This document shows positions 19,355 through 30,071 of a stretch of DNA of 64,000 bases, one piece after another; the stretch's first letter is position 1, and every line of letters begins with the position of its first letter. The notes beneath the pieces were generated by a model. The model ran no database searches. It was not told the DNA's origin and saw only the letters and a list, made by a program, of their open reading frames with translations. The stretch is from Oculatellaceae cyanobacterium Prado106. Its GTDB lineage: Bacteria; Cyanobacteriota; Cyanobacteriia; Elainellales; Elainellaceae. Where the stretch lies: NCBI GenBank assembly GCA_025454315.1, contig JALOOP010000010.1:1465-65464 (forward strand). Reading direction: 5' to 3'. The translations under genes were made by a program, and so were the position numbers.

Positions 19355-20569
19355 TTGAGGCAAAAGTCACTCTGGGTTCCCCCGCTCTACAAACCTGTGA
19401 AACTGCGATACTTTATCCCCTTCTTTGATTCCTCCAGCCAGGATTGGGCACTCGAAGCCCGTCTGCTGCGCTGGCTCACCTTTCTCTGGTTGACCATTGG
19501 CTTAGCGGTGATGTTTTCGGCCTCCTATGCCGTCTCCGATGCCCGCTTTGACGATGGTCTGCACTATTTCAAAATCCAACTCATCTGGATTTCTCTCGGA
19601 TTAATTGGCTTCAACATTCTGGTGCATAATCCGCTCAAGTTTGCTCTGCGGATTGCCAGTTGGGTGGTGTTTTTCCTACTTGGCCTCTTGCTCCTCACCC
19701 ATATTCCAGGACTGGGGATTAACACGAACGGCGCGACCCGGTGGTTGGCGATCGGCTCTCTCGGTATCCAACCTTCAGAACTGATCAAACCCTTCCTGGT
19801 ACTCCAAGGAGCCAGAATCTTTGGCCAATGGAGCCAACTCACCTGGCGGGTCAGGCTCACCTGGCTGGGCGTTTTTTGCCTAGTCTTAGTCGGGATTCTG
19901 CTCCAGCCCAACCTCAGTACCACAGCGCTGTGCGGCATGATGCTCTGGTTGATTGCCCTGGCGGCGGGGTTGCCTTACCGCTATTTGTTTGGGGCGGCGG
20001 GAACTGGACTGATGGCGGCGATCGTCAGTGTCAGTATCAAGTCCTATCAGCGGCGACGGCTGATCTCGTTCCTCAACCCCTGGAAAGATCCCGATGGGGA
20101 CGGCTATCAGTTAATTCAGAGTTTATTGGCGATCGGGTCTGGGGGCTTAACCGGAACCGGATTTGGGCTATCGCAACAAAAGCTGTTCTATCTGCCGATT
20201 CAAGACACGGACTTTATCTTTGCCGTCTTTGCGGAAGAGTTTGGCTTTTTGGGCTGTATGCTGCTGTTCCTGATGCTGGTTGTTTTTGCCACCTTAGCGC
20301 TGCGCGTGGCGGTCAAGACGGTGCATCCGGTGAATCGTCTGGTGGCGATCGGGGTGATGGTGCTGATTGTTGGTCAGTCGCTGCTCAATATTGGTGTGGC
20401 CACTGGGGCACTGCCTACGACGGGCTTGCCGTTCCCGCTGATTAGCTACGGCGGCAGTTCCATGATTTCCAGTCTGCTTACCGTTGGACTGTTAGTGAGA
20501 GTTGCGCGGGAAAGCAGCGGCGCAGAGGTGGTTCAGATTTCGGGGCGGGTGGTGGGGAGTGGGGAGTAG
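19355..20569 (+). CDS. ftsW: SEDS-family peptidoglycan glycosyltransferase (FtsW/RodA/SpoVE), FtsW-like
   Basis: 404-aa ORF with ~10 TM helices. Contains EARLLRWLTFLWL...MFSASY and PTTGLPFPLISYGGSS. The annotated start is TTG, so the real start is uncertain (e.g. GTG at 19397). Confidence 0.75.
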   Translation: MRQKSLWVPPLYKPVKLRYFIPFFDSSSQDWALEARLLRWLTFLWLTIGLAVMFSASYAVSDARFDDGLHYFKIQLIWISLGLIGFNILVHNPLKFALRIASWVVFFLLGLLLLTHIPGLGINTNGATRWLAIGSLGIQPSELIKPFLVLQGARIFGQWSQLTWRVRLTWLGVFCLVLVGILLQPNLSTTALCGMMLWLIALAAGLPYRYLFGAAGTGLMAAIVSVSIKSYQRRRLISFLNPWKDPDGDGYQLIQSLLAIGSGGLTGTGFGLSQQKLFYLPIQDTDFIFAVFAEEFGFLGCMLLFLMLVVFATLALRVAVKTVHPVNRLVAIGVMVLIVGQSLLNIGVATGALPTTGLPFPLISYGGSSMISSLLTVGLLVRVARESSGAEVVQISGRVVGSGE

Positions 20570-20965
20570 GGGAAAGGGGAAGGGGGAAGGGGAATCGGGG
20601 TGGCGATCGCAGAATTTCGGGGGTGTTTCTCCGAGGGTTGCTTTGAGAGTTCGATGGGGCTTTTTTGATAACGCTTGGACGATAACGCTTTGAACGCTTC
20701 TGAGTATTTCTGAAAGTTTCTCTAGGTATGACGGCTTCGATACCGCTTAGACTGCTTCTGAGTATTTCTGAGAGTTTCCCTGGGTCTGACGGCTGCGATA
20801 CCGCTTTGGTCTTTCCTAAGCGTTCCTAGATCTTCCCCAAACGCGACAGCTTCAGTAACCCCTTCGAGAATTCCTTTGATATCACTCCGATCTTCCCTGA
20901 GTATTTCCTAGAAATCCCTTTCCCCCTTCCCCTTTCCCCTTCCATCTCCGTTCCATCTCCGTTCC
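20542..20965. repeat. Composite element: G-tract arm, 58-bp tandem units, C-tract arm
   Basis: G arm at 20542-20600, overlapping the ftsW stop at 20567-20569. 58-bp units at 20696-20753 and 20754-20811, plus a degenerate third unit. C arm at 20916-20943, then ATCTCCGTTCC x2. Confidence 0.85.
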
Positions 20966-21101
20966 ATTTGTAAAAAGTAATGTATATTTAGGTCTTAATA
21001 TTTTTGACATTGTGTAAACCCTGATCAATGAAGGGTTTAGAGATTTCTCGATAGTTAATTTCTCGATAGTTAAACGCCTTCTTCTTTATTGAGTTGCTGT
21101 T

Positions 21102-23072
21102 GTGAATCAACCTCCCTCGGAACGTCAATTCTTTCAACTGGTCACGGTCGGCTTTTTGGTGCCGGTGGGGGCGATCGCGCTCCTGGGTCTATGGCAATTG
21201 TTCGCCAAGTCGGGTTCTCCTAGAATTTCGGGTGCGGTGACGAATGGGGGAGCGGCTTTGGCCGACACACAGCCGATCAGCGAACCGAAGGTCGATCCGT
21301 TGATGAACAAACTCAACGGTCGTCCCAATCTGGCACCCTTGCCTGAAGCCAAGGAAACCTGGAACTGTGAAGTGGTCGTGGTGGGAGGGACGCTGGGCGG
21401 TGTGGCGGCAGCGGCGCAGTCCATGCGATCGGGCGCACAGACTTGTTTAATTGAACTAACGCCCTGGCTAGGGGGACAGATTAGCTCTCAGGGGGTGTCG
21501 GCGATCGATGAATCTCCCTCCATGCGGGAGCGCAATAACTTCTCAGAAGATTGGCAGAACTTTAAAAAGCTGATTCAAAACCAGGAAGTCACCCTGCCCT
21601 CCTGGACGAATCTGACCACGCCCCAAAAAGTTTCCGAGATTAATAGCTGTTGGGTGGGCAGCCTTTGTTTTCCCCCGAAAGCGGGCGCAGCAGCGGCACA
21701 GCAGTGGTTGGAGGGAGTGAGCGATCGCGCCCCTGGCAGCCGCTGGCAAACCTCGACCGCCTTCAAAGGAGCCGAATTTGACGACAGCGGCACCCGCATC
21801 ACCGCCGTTTATGGGGTTCGTCGCATTCCCCGTAATCCCAACTATGTGCCGGAAGGTCGTCCCTCGGTCGAGTTGCCCCAATGGTATAGCTGGGACTCCA
21901 ACGAAACCTTCGACAAGGTACCCATCAAACTACAAGCTCCTCCCGGCAAAACCATGATGGTGATCGATGCCACCGACACCGGAGAAGTCGTGGGCTGGGC
22001 CGGGATTCCCTATCGACTCGGCTCAGAGGCACGCACCACCACCAGCGAATCCTACGCCTCCCGCCAGGACAACCCGGACTGCACCCAGGCATACACCTTT
22101 CCCTTTGTTCTGGCACTGCGGGACGATGGCCAAAGAAGCCTCAAAGCCCTGTCCAAAATTGACCCCGTTCTCCCCCGTGAAGAACACCGCAAAGAATATA
22201 ATCTGGGACGCTTCCCTATGTTTGAGGGGGGCAGCTTTTTCCATTACCGCCGCATCGTCAGCCTCAAGCAAAATAACCCCGTCATGGGTCTACCCGCCCC
22301 CGGCGACATGACGATGGTCAACTGGAACCAGGGCAACGACTGGATCTGGATGGATCCACCGCTGATTCTCAACGAGCAAAAAATCACCAAAACGGGACAG
22401 CACCAAAACTGGATGGGCGGCCTCTCGCTAGAATCCCTCCGCCATGCCGAAAGTCATGCCTTCCTCTTCGCCGAATGGCTGATGCAAACCCAAGCCCAGC
22501 CCAACCTACCGCTGTCCTATCTCTACGGCCCCGATGCTCCAATGGGAACGATTTCAGGACTCAGCATCATGCCCTACATCCGAGAAGGACGGCGCATTTT
22601 GGGACGCGGAGCCTATGGGCAAGACCAGTTTATGATGCGCGAACCGGATCTGCGAAAGGATATGCGCGGCACTCGGGACTTTGAAGCATCCGCCGTAGCG
22701 CTGACCCATTACCCGATCGACATGCATGGCTGCCGCTACCGCAACTCAGAATATTCCTGGGAAGCCAGCAGTGCCCCCGTCCAGGACGATACGCTAATCA
22801 AGCCCACGCAGATTCCCATAGAAGCGCTGGTGCCGCAGGGTGTGGACAACTTGATGATGGGGGGGAAAGCGATCGCCGCCAGCCACATCGTCAACGCCTC
22901 CACCCGCATCCACTACGGCGAATGGAGCATCGGCGCAGCCGCAGGAGCCACAGCGGGTTGGCTAAATCAGCAAAACGACCCCACCCTGATTCCAGCCAGC
23001 ATCGTCACGAAGCGTCGCATGGATGACCTGCAACGGTTCCTGGAAGGGCAAGGGCTACGGTTACGGTGGTAA
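21102..23072 (+). CDS. FAD-dependent oxidoreductase family protein, N-terminally anchored
   Basis: 656-aa ORF with a GTG start and an N-terminal TM helix. Dinucleotide-binding motif VVVVGGTLGGVAAA...E. Confidence 0.7.
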   Translation: MNQPPSERQFFQLVTVGFLVPVGAIALLGLWQLFAKSGSPRISGAVTNGGAALADTQPISEPKVDPLMNKLNGRPNLAPLPEAKETWNCEVVVVGGTLGGVAAAAQSMRSGAQTCLIELTPWLGGQISSQGVSAIDESPSMRERNNFSEDWQNFKKLIQNQEVTLPSWTNLTTPQKVSEINSCWVGSLCFPPKAGAAAAQQWLEGVSDRAPGSRWQTSTAFKGAEFDDSGTRITAVYGVRRIPRNPNYVPEGRPSVELPQWYSWDSNETFDKVPIKLQAPPGKTMMVIDATDTGEVVGWAGIPYRLGSEARTTTSESYASRQDNPDCTQAYTFPFVLALRDDGQRSLKALSKIDPVLPREEHRKEYNLGRFPMFEGGSFFHYRRIVSLKQNNPVMGLPAPGDMTMVNWNQGNDWIWMDPPLILNEQKITKTGQHQNWMGGLSLESLRHAESHAFLFAEWLMQTQAQPNLPLSYLYGPDAPMGTISGLSIMPYIREGRRILGRGAYGQDQFMMREPDLRKDMRGTRDFEASAVALTHYPIDMHGCRYRNSEYSWEASSAPVQDDTLIKPTQIPIEALVPQGVDNLMMGGKAIAASHIVNASTRIHYGEWSIGAAAGATAGWLNQQNDPTLIPASIVTKRRMDDLQRFLEGQGLRLRW

Positions 23073-23093
23073 CTCTCACATAAAACATAAATA

Positions 23094-23123
23094 AGTGGCA
23101 GCAAGATCTAACTTACTGCCACT
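23094..23123. terminator. Possible bidirectional terminator
   Basis: AGTGGCAG (23094-23101) pairs with CTGCCACT (23116-23123). AT-rich runs on both sides; lies between convergent genes. Confidence 0.4.
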
Positions 23124-23159
23124 CAAAAATTTCACTAGAAATTGACTCGTTCCGAGCGC

Positions 23160-24119
23160 TTATTGCGGTGCAGGTGCAGGCGCAGGGGCGGGTGCAGGCG
23201 CAGCGGGTGCTGGCTGGGGTTGGGGAGGAGCGGCTCTCAGGCGGGAGACGGCATCGCGGATTTCGGGGAGCGCCAGGAAGGTTTTGGCCTGGGCTAGGAG
23301 GCGATCGCCCCAGAGGTTTTCCTGGAGGAACTCGGGTTCGGCATAGTCGATGTCGAGTTTGAGGGCGGCTTGGCCTTTGGTGAGGGCTTCTTGGGTTTGG
23401 CCTTTGCCGTGGAGGGCAACGGCGATCGCCAACTGGGGTTCCGCTTGCTCACCGTCGATCGCCACAGCGGCTTGCCATTGTTTAATCGCATCGTCTACTC
23501 GTCCCTGTTCGTAGCGCACCAGGCCAATGTTGGTCAGCCCTGGCCAGAACTTGGCATCTAGTTTGACTGCTTTTTCGTATTGCGCCACGGCATCTTCGTA
23601 GCGCGTCAGCCGATAGTAGGCGTTGCCCAAGTCAAACAGTGCCCCGGTCGTGTCGGGTTCGATCTTCAAGCCTTCCTGGAGGTAGCGGACGGCAGTTTCA
23701 TATTCCTGCTTGCGGAAATAGGCCGAACCCAGGTTAAACAGAATGTCGGCACTTTTGTTGTCCAGTTCTCTTGCCTTGAGCAGTGCCTCAATGCCGGGAT
23801 CAATCTGCCGCATCTGCAGGTACAATCCTCCCAACAAAGACCAGACCTGGGCATTGTCAGGCACCAGTTGCGACGCTAGCTGTGCCCGTGCCAAGGCCAA
23901 ATCATACTGTTGAAATTGGGCAAGCTGTAGGGCTTCTTGCGCCAACCCCAATCCCTGTTGCTTGAGTTGGTCTTGGTCAAGCTGGAGGACGTGGGGAATC
24001 AGGGCTTGCCCGAAAGCCGGGGGCACGACAGAACCGAAGCTGGCGATCGCCAATAGCGAAATCAAGGGAAGATATTTGGACACGGCAAAGGAAGAGATAG
24101 GATAGGTGGCGGAAGTCAC
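23160..24119 (-). CDS. Secreted TPR-repeat protein
   Basis: 319-aa ORF with a signal-like N-terminus and several TPR-like units (e.g. ADILFNLGSAYFRKQEYETAVRYLQEGLKIEPD). C-terminal (PA)n tail. Confidence 0.7.
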   Translation of the reverse strand: MTSATYPISSFAVSKYLPLISLLAIASFGSVVPPAFGQALIPHVLQLDQDQLKQQGLGLAQEALQLAQFQQYDLALARAQLASQLVPDNAQVWSLLGGLYLQMRQIDPGIEALLKARELDNKSADILFNLGSAYFRKQEYETAVRYLQEGLKIEPDTTGALFDLGNAYYRLTRYEDAVAQYEKAVKLDAKFWPGLTNIGLVRYEQGRVDDAIKQWQAAVAIDGEQAEPQLAIAVALHGKGQTQEALTKGQAALKLDIDYAEPEFLQENLWGDRLLAQAKTFLALPEIRDAVSRLRAAPPQPQPAPAAPAPAPAPAPAPQ

Positions 24120-24314
24120 AGGTTAGACCCGGAGAACAGGGGCAAGAACAGCAGCAAGCGCCGCAATCCCCCCAAAAAACGATCTCCAGAAAAGCCCTGA
24201 AACCCCAAAAATATCGCCCTCGGCAGTGGCTCACCCACCCACCAGAGGTTTCAAAACTCACACTAGCTTAGATCATTTGTGCCGGATCGACCAAAAGTTT
24301 CCACTTGTTAAGCA

Positions 24315-24442
24315 GAAGGCGAAGGGGGAAAGGCGAAAGGCGAAAGGGGGACAAAGAACAACAGCGAGAGGTCTTTGAAGATAGATCTCTGAATAGAACC
24401 TTGCCCTTTCCCCTTTCGCCTTTCCCCTTTTCCCTTTCCTCC
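24315..24442. repeat. G-tract arm / C-tract arm inverted repeat element
   Basis: G arm 24315-24350 (GAAGGCGAAGGGGGAAAGGCGAAAGG...) and C arm 24414-24442. The spacer shares GAAGAT.GATCT and GAATAGA with the spacer of the 1727-1870 element. Confidence 0.85.
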
Positions 24443-24446
24443 TAGC

Positions 24447-25478
24447 TTACCGCAGCAGTTCCGCAGTCTGAAGCCCCACGATGCCATCGGTGTCGAGGTT
24501 TTTGTCGCGTTGGAAGTCGCGGACGGCGGTGGTGGTGAGTTCGCCGAATTGGCCGGTGATGGGGCCGGTGTAGTAGTTGAGGGCGGCGAGACGTTGCTGG
24601 AGCAGGCGGACATCGTCGCCGTTGTCACCGGGGCGGAGGACTCGTCCAAACAGGGGGGGGCGAGAGGCGATGCTGCTGGTGCCGCCGACGCCGCCAGTGC
24701 TGTTGCTGGGGCGGGTGACGGTGGTGTTGGGGCTGGGAGCGGGGCTGGAAGTGTTGGCGGTGGGGCGGGTGCCGCCTGTTCCGGTGCCGACGGGAGCGGC
24801 ATTTTGCAGGGCGGTGAGGGTGGAGCGTCCGACGACTCCATCGGCGGTGAGTTGGCGATCGCGCTGGAAGCGAATCACTGAATCCTGGGTGACGGTACCA
24901 AAGAATCCGGTGGATTGTCCGTTGAAATAGCCCGCGCGACGGAGGAGATCTTGCACTTGGGAGACGGCGTTGCTGCGATCGCCAAATTGCACCACATCCG
25001 AGCTAGGACTGGGCGTGGGCGTGGCTGCGGTCGTTCCAGGATTGCTGGGGGTGCCTGCTGAGGTACCTGCTGAGGTGCCTGCTCCCAGAGCACTCCAGGT
25101 TTGTCCGCCCGCAATGCCATCCGCTTCTAAGCGTCGGGCGCGCTGGAAGGCTTGCACGGCATCTGGGGTGACAGGGCCAAAGAATCCGGTTGAGCTGCTG
25201 GGGAAAAATCCGGCAGTGCGGAGCAGATCCTGGAGGCGCACCACCTCGGCTCCGCTGTCGCCTTGTCTGAGAAGTGCTTGAGCCTGGGCGGCTTCTGTAA
25301 AGCTGAGACAGCCCATTGAGCAAGCTAGCCCTAGCACCATGAGCGCCAGTTTGCGGGGGAAGTTGAGACGGGAGGGGGCGATCGCCACCTGGGAAGCCGT
25401 CAGCGAGGGATGATTCGCTGGGGCTGGGGACTGAAAAGATTGTTCCTGCTTAGCATGGAGAGATTGAAGAATCTCCAT
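24447..25478 (-). CDS. Protein with three peptidoglycan-binding (PG_binding_1-like) repeats
   Basis: 343-aa ORF. Three units of the form G(D)xGxxVxxLQxxLxxxGxxxGxxTGxFGxxTxxAVxxFQRxxxLxxDGxxG, separated by Thr/Pro/Ser linkers. Confidence 0.75.
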   Translation of the reverse strand: MEILQSLHAKQEQSFQSPAPANHPSLTASQVAIAPSRLNFPRKLALMVLGLACSMGCLSFTEAAQAQALLRQGDSGAEVVRLQDLLRTAGFFPSSSTGFFGPVTPDAVQAFQRARRLEADGIAGGQTWSALGAGTSAGTSAGTPSNPGTTAATPTPSPSSDVVQFGDRSNAVSQVQDLLRRAGYFNGQSTGFFGTVTQDSVIRFQRDRQLTADGVVGRSTLTALQNAAPVGTGTGGTRPTANTSSPAPSPNTTVTRPSNSTGGVGGTSSIASRPPLFGRVLRPGDNGDDVRLLQQRLAALNYYTGPITGQFGELTTTAVRDFQRDKNLDTDGIVGLQTAELLR

Positions 25479-26295
25479 AAATTCTGCTCCTTGAGAGATG
25501 TGAGATTGAGTAAATGCCCTTTGATTTAGAATTCTTAAACGGTGTTTGCTGAGGGTTGTTTTCTAATTGCCCTCGGAGGCGATCGCTCGTTTAAGTATCT
25601 ATTGAATTAGATGGCTCAATTTGCCAATAAGTTCCACGGAAAGCAAACCTGAATGGAAGTTTTTCGACGCCTGTCTGATCATGGGATGAGCAGGCATTTT
25701 CACCTGACTCAGCGTCCTTCTAAGATGATCCGAAATCGCTTCAAAAAGTGAAACGCCCTCAGAATTTTCACCTGTTTGAGTTAGGGGATTGAGTATAAAA
25801 AAGTCACTTTTTTTTAAGACTCAAATTCTAAGACTCAAACTTTTTTGCTTCAGCTATCTTTTTTCAAGATTTTGAAGAAATCAAACTGAAGAATCTGCTC
25901 TTTAAGAAACACAAGAACAGAGTTATTTTCCACAAACTCAGCATAATTGAATCGATCACCCGGAATCAAGTCCTTGTTATTTTGCCGACTTGATTAGATG
26001 GGTGAAATTTCAAATCTAAAATTTAGACTCAAACGAACGCTCAACCAGATAGTCCCGTAGACCAGCAATTCCAAATTCGGAACGATTTTGCGCCATTTCA
26101 GCGATCGGACGTTTTATCAAGAAAAGTTAAGCCCTTGCTGAGCAAGGCTTTTGCACCATAGAGTTTTCTAATTTGGAATTGCTGCCCGTAGACACCCTTT
26201 CGCCCCTTGCTGGAACAACTCCATGATCGCAAGGAAGAGAACGAACAGATTAAATAAGGGAAAATTCCTTCCAAAAGAAAGTCTACTCTTGTGAG

Positions 26296-26332
26296 CCTCC
26301 CCTTCTCCCCACTCCCCATTTCCTACTCCCCC
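26296..26332. repeat. C-tract (ACTCCCC-like) array upstream of ccdA
   Basis: CCTCCCCTTCTCCCCACTCCCCATTTCCTACTCCCCC, 54-90 nt upstream of the ccdA start on the sense strand. Confidence 0.8.
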
Positions 26333-26385
26333 TGAAGGGTTAAGCTTCGATAGAATGGGATAGGCGATTCACTCATCCGTCTTCC

Positions 26386-27129
26386 ATGCTCGACACTCTT
26401 CAGACCTGGCTTTACTTCTTAGCAAACTTTGCCGATCGCCTCGTCGCGACCCAACTCGCCCACCTAACCCTCGTTAGCATTGGCGTGATTTTTCTAGCCG
26501 GGTTATTCACGAGTCTCACCCCCTGTATGTTGTCCATGTTGCCCATCACCGTTGGCTATATCGGGGGTTATGAGGCGACGACTCGGCTTCAGGCTGCGGC
26601 TCAGTCGGCTTGGTTTTCGCTGGGGTTGGCGACGACGCTGGCGGCGCTAGGGTTGGCGGTGGGTGTGGCGGGGCAGGTCTATGGGCAGGTGGGCACGGGA
26701 CTGCCGATTGTGGTTAGCGTCGTGGTTATTCTCATGGGACTGAATCTGCTGGAGGCGCTGCCGTTGCAGTTGCCCAGTTGGGGCGGCATGGACTGGATCT
26801 CTAAGGATTGGCCGAGGGGGGTGCGATCGTACCTGATTGGGTTGACTTCGGGAGTGGTCGCGTCGCCTTGCAGTACGCCTGTGTTGGTGACGCTGCTAAG
26901 CTGGATCTCGACTACGGGCGATCCGCTGCTGGGAGGTGTGCTGCTGCTGGCCTACACTGCAGGTTATGTGGCACCCTTGATCCTGGCCGGGATGTTTACG
27001 GCTTCTTTGAAAAAAATTCTGGAGCTGCGCCGCTGGTCGGGCTGGATTAATCCGGTTAGCGGTGCGCTGCTGGTTGGGTTTGGTGTGTTTTCCTTGCTGT
27101 TTCGCTTTTTGCCAATATCTGCCTCATGA
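26386..27129 (+). CDS. ccdA: Cytochrome c biogenesis thiol-reductant transporter CcdA (DsbD family)
   Basis: 247-aa ORF with six TM helices and conserved Cys motifs [10 protein letters not shown] and [10 protein letters not shown]. Confidence 0.85.
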   Translation: MLDTLQTWLYFLANFADRLVATQLAHLTLVSIGVIFLAGLFTSLTPCMLSMLPITVGYIGGYEATTRLQAAAQSAWFSLGLATTLAALGLAVGVAGQVYGQVGTGLPIVVSVVVILMGLNLLEALPLQLPSWGGMDWISKDWPRGVRSYLIGLTSGVVASPCSTPVLVTLLSWISTTGDPLLGGVLLLAYTAGYVAPLILAGMFTASLKKILELRRWSGWINPVSGALLVGFGVFSLLFRFLPISAS

Positions 27130-28559
27130 CTTCCGATCCTTCTTCTTCCTCGCTCTCCCCCGATACTACCCCGGCTGCCCTTCCTTTTTGGAGTGGGCTA
27201 AAGCTCAAGGTGCAGCAATTTTTGAAGCGAGAACTCCTGCCATTGCTGGGGGATCTGCGCTTGGCGATCGCTCTCCTGTTGGCGATCGCCCTCTTCAGCA
27301 TCTCCGGCACCGTCATTGAGCAAGGACAGGCCACCGCCTTCTACCAGGCCAACTATCCCGAAGATCCGGCGCTGTTTGGCTTCCTCACCTGGAAACTGCT
27401 GCTCTGGGTGGGGCTGGATCATGTGTATCGCACCTGGTGGTTTTTGGCGCTGCTGATTCTCTTTGGCGCTAGTCTCACCACCTGCACCTTTACCCGTCAG
27501 TTTCCCGCTCTCAAAGCTGCCCGTAAATGGAGCTTCTACGAACAGCCGCGCCAGTTCCAAAAGCTCGCGCTGAGTGCCGAACTGGAGCAGGGTTCCCTGG
27601 ATGCGCTCGTGCCACTCCTAAAGCAAAAACGCTACAAAGTCTTCCAGGAAGGCGATAAACTCTACGCCCGTAAAGGCATTGTCGGGCGCATTGGCCCTAT
27701 CTTTGTCCATGCGGCCATGCTAATTACCCTGGTCGGCTCCATTTATGGTGCTATGACCGGATTCTTTGCCCAGGAAATGGTGCCCAGCGGCGAAACCTTC
27801 CAAATCCAAAACATCTTTGACGCAGGCCCCTGGGCGGCATCCCAGATTCCCAAGGATTGGTCGGTCAAGGTCAACCGCTTTTGGATTGATTACACGGACG
27901 AGGGCAGCATTGACCAGTTCTACTCCGACCTGTCGGTGCTGGATCAGACTGGCAAAGAAGTCGATCGCCAAACCATCCATGTCAATAAACCCCTGCGCCA
28001 CAAGGGCGTGACGCTGTACCAGGCCGATTGGTCGATCGCCGCCGTCCGAGTCCGCTTCAACAATAGCCCCATCCTGGAACTGCCCATGTCCCAACTCAAC
28101 ACGGGCAGTCAAGGTCGCTTCTGGGGTACCTGGTTGCCCACCAAGCCTGACCTGAGTGAAGGCGTTTCGCTCTTGGCTAAAGATCTCCAGGGCACTCTCT
28201 TTGTGTATGACACCCAAGGCAAGCTGATCTCGACGCTGCGATCGGGAATGTCCGCTGAAGTCAACGGTGTTAATCTCTCCATTCAAGAACTAGTCGGCAG
28301 CACCGGGTTACAGATCAAGGCCGATCCAGGAATTCCGCTGGTCTACTTGGGATTTGGATTAATCATGGCCGGGGTGGTGATGAGCTATGTTTCGCATTCC
28401 CAGATTTGGGCGCTGCAAACCGCTGACCAAGGTTTTTGGGTGGGCGGTCGCACCAACCGTGCCCAAGTCATGTTTGAGCGGGAGATGATTGGCATCCTGG
28501 ATCAGTTGGATGAGTCGAATGGCGATCGCAACTCTCAAGCCCCTGAGCCTCAGAAATAA
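27126..28559 (+). CDS. ccsB: Cytochrome c biogenesis protein Ccs1/CcsB (ResB family)
   Basis: 477-aa ORF. Its start overlaps the ccdA stop (ATGA at 27126-27129). N-terminal TM helices, a large soluble domain and a C-terminal TM helix. Conserved ccdA-ccs1 synteny. Confidence 0.8.
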   Translation: MTSDPSSSSLSPDTTPAALPFWSGLKLKVQQFLKRELLPLLGDLRLAIALLLAIALFSISGTVIEQGQATAFYQANYPEDPALFGFLTWKLLLWVGLDHVYRTWWFLALLILFGASLTTCTFTRQFPALKAARKWSFYEQPRQFQKLALSAELEQGSLDALVPLLKQKRYKVFQEGDKLYARKGIVGRIGPIFVHAAMLITLVGSIYGAMTGFFAQEMVPSGETFQIQNIFDAGPWAASQIPKDWSVKVNRFWIDYTDEGSIDQFYSDLSVLDQTGKEVDRQTIHVNKPLRHKGVTLYQADWSIAAVRVRFNNSPILELPMSQLNTGSQGRFWGTWLPTKPDLSEGVSLLAKDLQGTLFVYDTQGKLISTLRSGMSAEVNGVNLSIQELVGSTGLQIKADPGIPLVYLGFGLIMAGVVMSYVSHSQIWALQTADQGFWVGGRTNRAQVMFEREMIGILDQLDESNGDRNSQAPEPQK

Positions 28560-28580
28560 TCGGGTAATTAATGGTCAATA

Positions 28581-28620
28581 AAAGGGATGCAAAAGTGTTT
28601 TTGCATCCCTTTCGTTTTCC
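28581..28620 (+). terminator. Rho-independent terminator of ccdA-ccsB
   Basis: A 14-bp perfect stem, AAAGGGATGCAAAA / gtg / TTTTGCATCCCTTT, followed by a T-rich tail. Confidence 0.8.
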
Positions 28621-29042
28621 TAGGAATTGGCCGAAATTTTCTAGGAATTGATCTACTTCAGCCGATGATGTTCTGCCAGCAACCGTTCAACCCGAGCCTC
28701 ATCAACGCAGGTGGTTAGTTTTTGCGCCTCATATAGTTAGCGAATCGTCTTGGACATTCTATTGGACATTCTAATGGTCGAATCTACAGACAAGCCAAGA
28801 CTCATACCCAGATAGTCTTTGAACCAATCATCGACGAGTCAATAACAAATGCCGATCGCCGTCACAGAACTGGAAAGGGCAAAGAAAATTCAAGTTTGTG
28901 CAACCCAAGTCGAACTATGAATCGGCAGTGTTTATACCAGAGTCTTAGTCGTTATAAAGAATCACTTGAGTAACGAGAATTCGTCATGGCAGACTAAATC
29001 ATTGAACAAATCGGATGAACAGCTAAAACTCACAATTAGAAA

Positions 29043-29102
29043 CAGTTTCTACACAGCTTTCTCAGAGATTTCTACAGGGATTTCTACAGGGATTTCTACA
29101 TA
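29043..29102. repeat. 12-bp tandem repeat GATTTCTACAGG x3 plus a degenerate copy
   Basis: Units at 29067, 29079 and 29091, with a degenerate AGTTTCTACACAG at 29043. Lies immediately downstream of the rbsK stop. Confidence 0.85.
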
Positions 29103-29110
29103 ACAGAGTG

Positions 29111-30031
29111 TCACAGTCGGGATGCTAAAAAAGCGTCTAACTCTTCACGGGTTGGCATCGCCGCCTGCGCTCCAGCTTTTGTCACCGATAGCGCTGCGGT
29201 CGCTGCTGCCCACCGACATGCCTGCTGCAATGACAATCCCGAGGCCAATCCAGCCGCCAATCCGCCGTTGAACGCATCTCCAGCGGCAACCGTGTCGATC
29301 GCCTCCACAACAAACGGTTCAATCCAGCTATCTCCCTCAGCGGTCGAACAGAGTGCGCCTTGTCGTCCCATTTTGATGATTGCGATCGCCACCCCCCGCT
29401 CCCTTAAAACCGCCGCCGCCCGAGTCGCCGATTCTCGATCGTCTACCGCAAACCCCACCAGTTGACTCGCTTCCACTTGATTGGGTGTGAGAATTGCGAT
29501 CGCCCCATATAATTCCTCTGGCAGCGCATCCAAAGCAGGGGCAGGATCAAGAATCACCCTTACCCCCGCCTGCTTCGCCGCTTGAGCCGCCGCAACTACA
29601 GCAGGCAACGGGATTTCTAGTTGCAGCAACAGACTTGTAGCGTTGGGCAGTAAAATTTTCAGCCGTTCCACGTCGGAGGCATCGACCTGTCCATTGGCAC
29701 CGGGGACAATGATAATGTGGTTTTCGCCCTGGTCATCGACGGCGATCGCAGCCACCCCCGAACTCGTCGATGCGTCCGTGATCACACCCTCGCAGTTCAC
29801 CCCCGCCGCCTGCAAACTCTGCCGCAGCATCCCCCCAAAGTCATCGCCCCCCACTCGCCCCACCATTGCCGCAGGAATCCCCAACCGTGCCACCGCCACC
29901 GCCTGATTAGCGCCCTTTCCCCCTGGCACCGTGGCAAAGCTTCGTCCGGTCAATGTCTCTCCTGGCCTCGGCAACCGTGCGGTGCGGGTGACCAAATCCA
30001 AATTCAAACTGCCAAAAATGAGGACAGACAT
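29111..30031 (-). CDS. rbsK: Ribokinase (PfkB family)
   Basis: 306-aa ORF. Contains GSLNLDL, GGKGANQAVA and DTVAAGDAFNGGLA (PfkB signature 2). Confidence 0.8.
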   Translation of the reverse strand: MSVLIFGSLNLDLVTRTARLPRPGETLTGRSFATVPGGKGANQAVAVARLGIPAAMVGRVGGDDFGGMLRQSLQAAGVNCEGVITDASTSSGVAAIAVDDQGENHIIIVPGANGQVDASDVERLKILLPNATSLLLQLEIPLPAVVAAAQAAKQAGVRVILDPAPALDALPEELYGAIAILTPNQVEASQLVGFAVDDRESATRAAAVLRERGVAIAIIKMGRQGALCSTAEGDSWIEPFVVEAIDTVAAGDAFNGGLAAGLASGLSLQQACRWAAATAALSVTKAGAQAAMPTREELDAFLASRL

Positions 30032-30071
30032 AACAACAGCAGATATTAGAAGGGCTAGATTATCTTAATCT

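Noticed and set aside
26054-26194. Possible sRNA: terminator-like hairpin AAGCCCTTGC..GCAAGGCTTTT (26129-26152) flanked by 15-bp inverted copies of AATTTGGAATTGCTG
   Set aside because: The stem has a bulge and a 3-nt loop, the U-tract is only ~4 nt, and no promoter is recognisable. Not enough evidence without transcript data.
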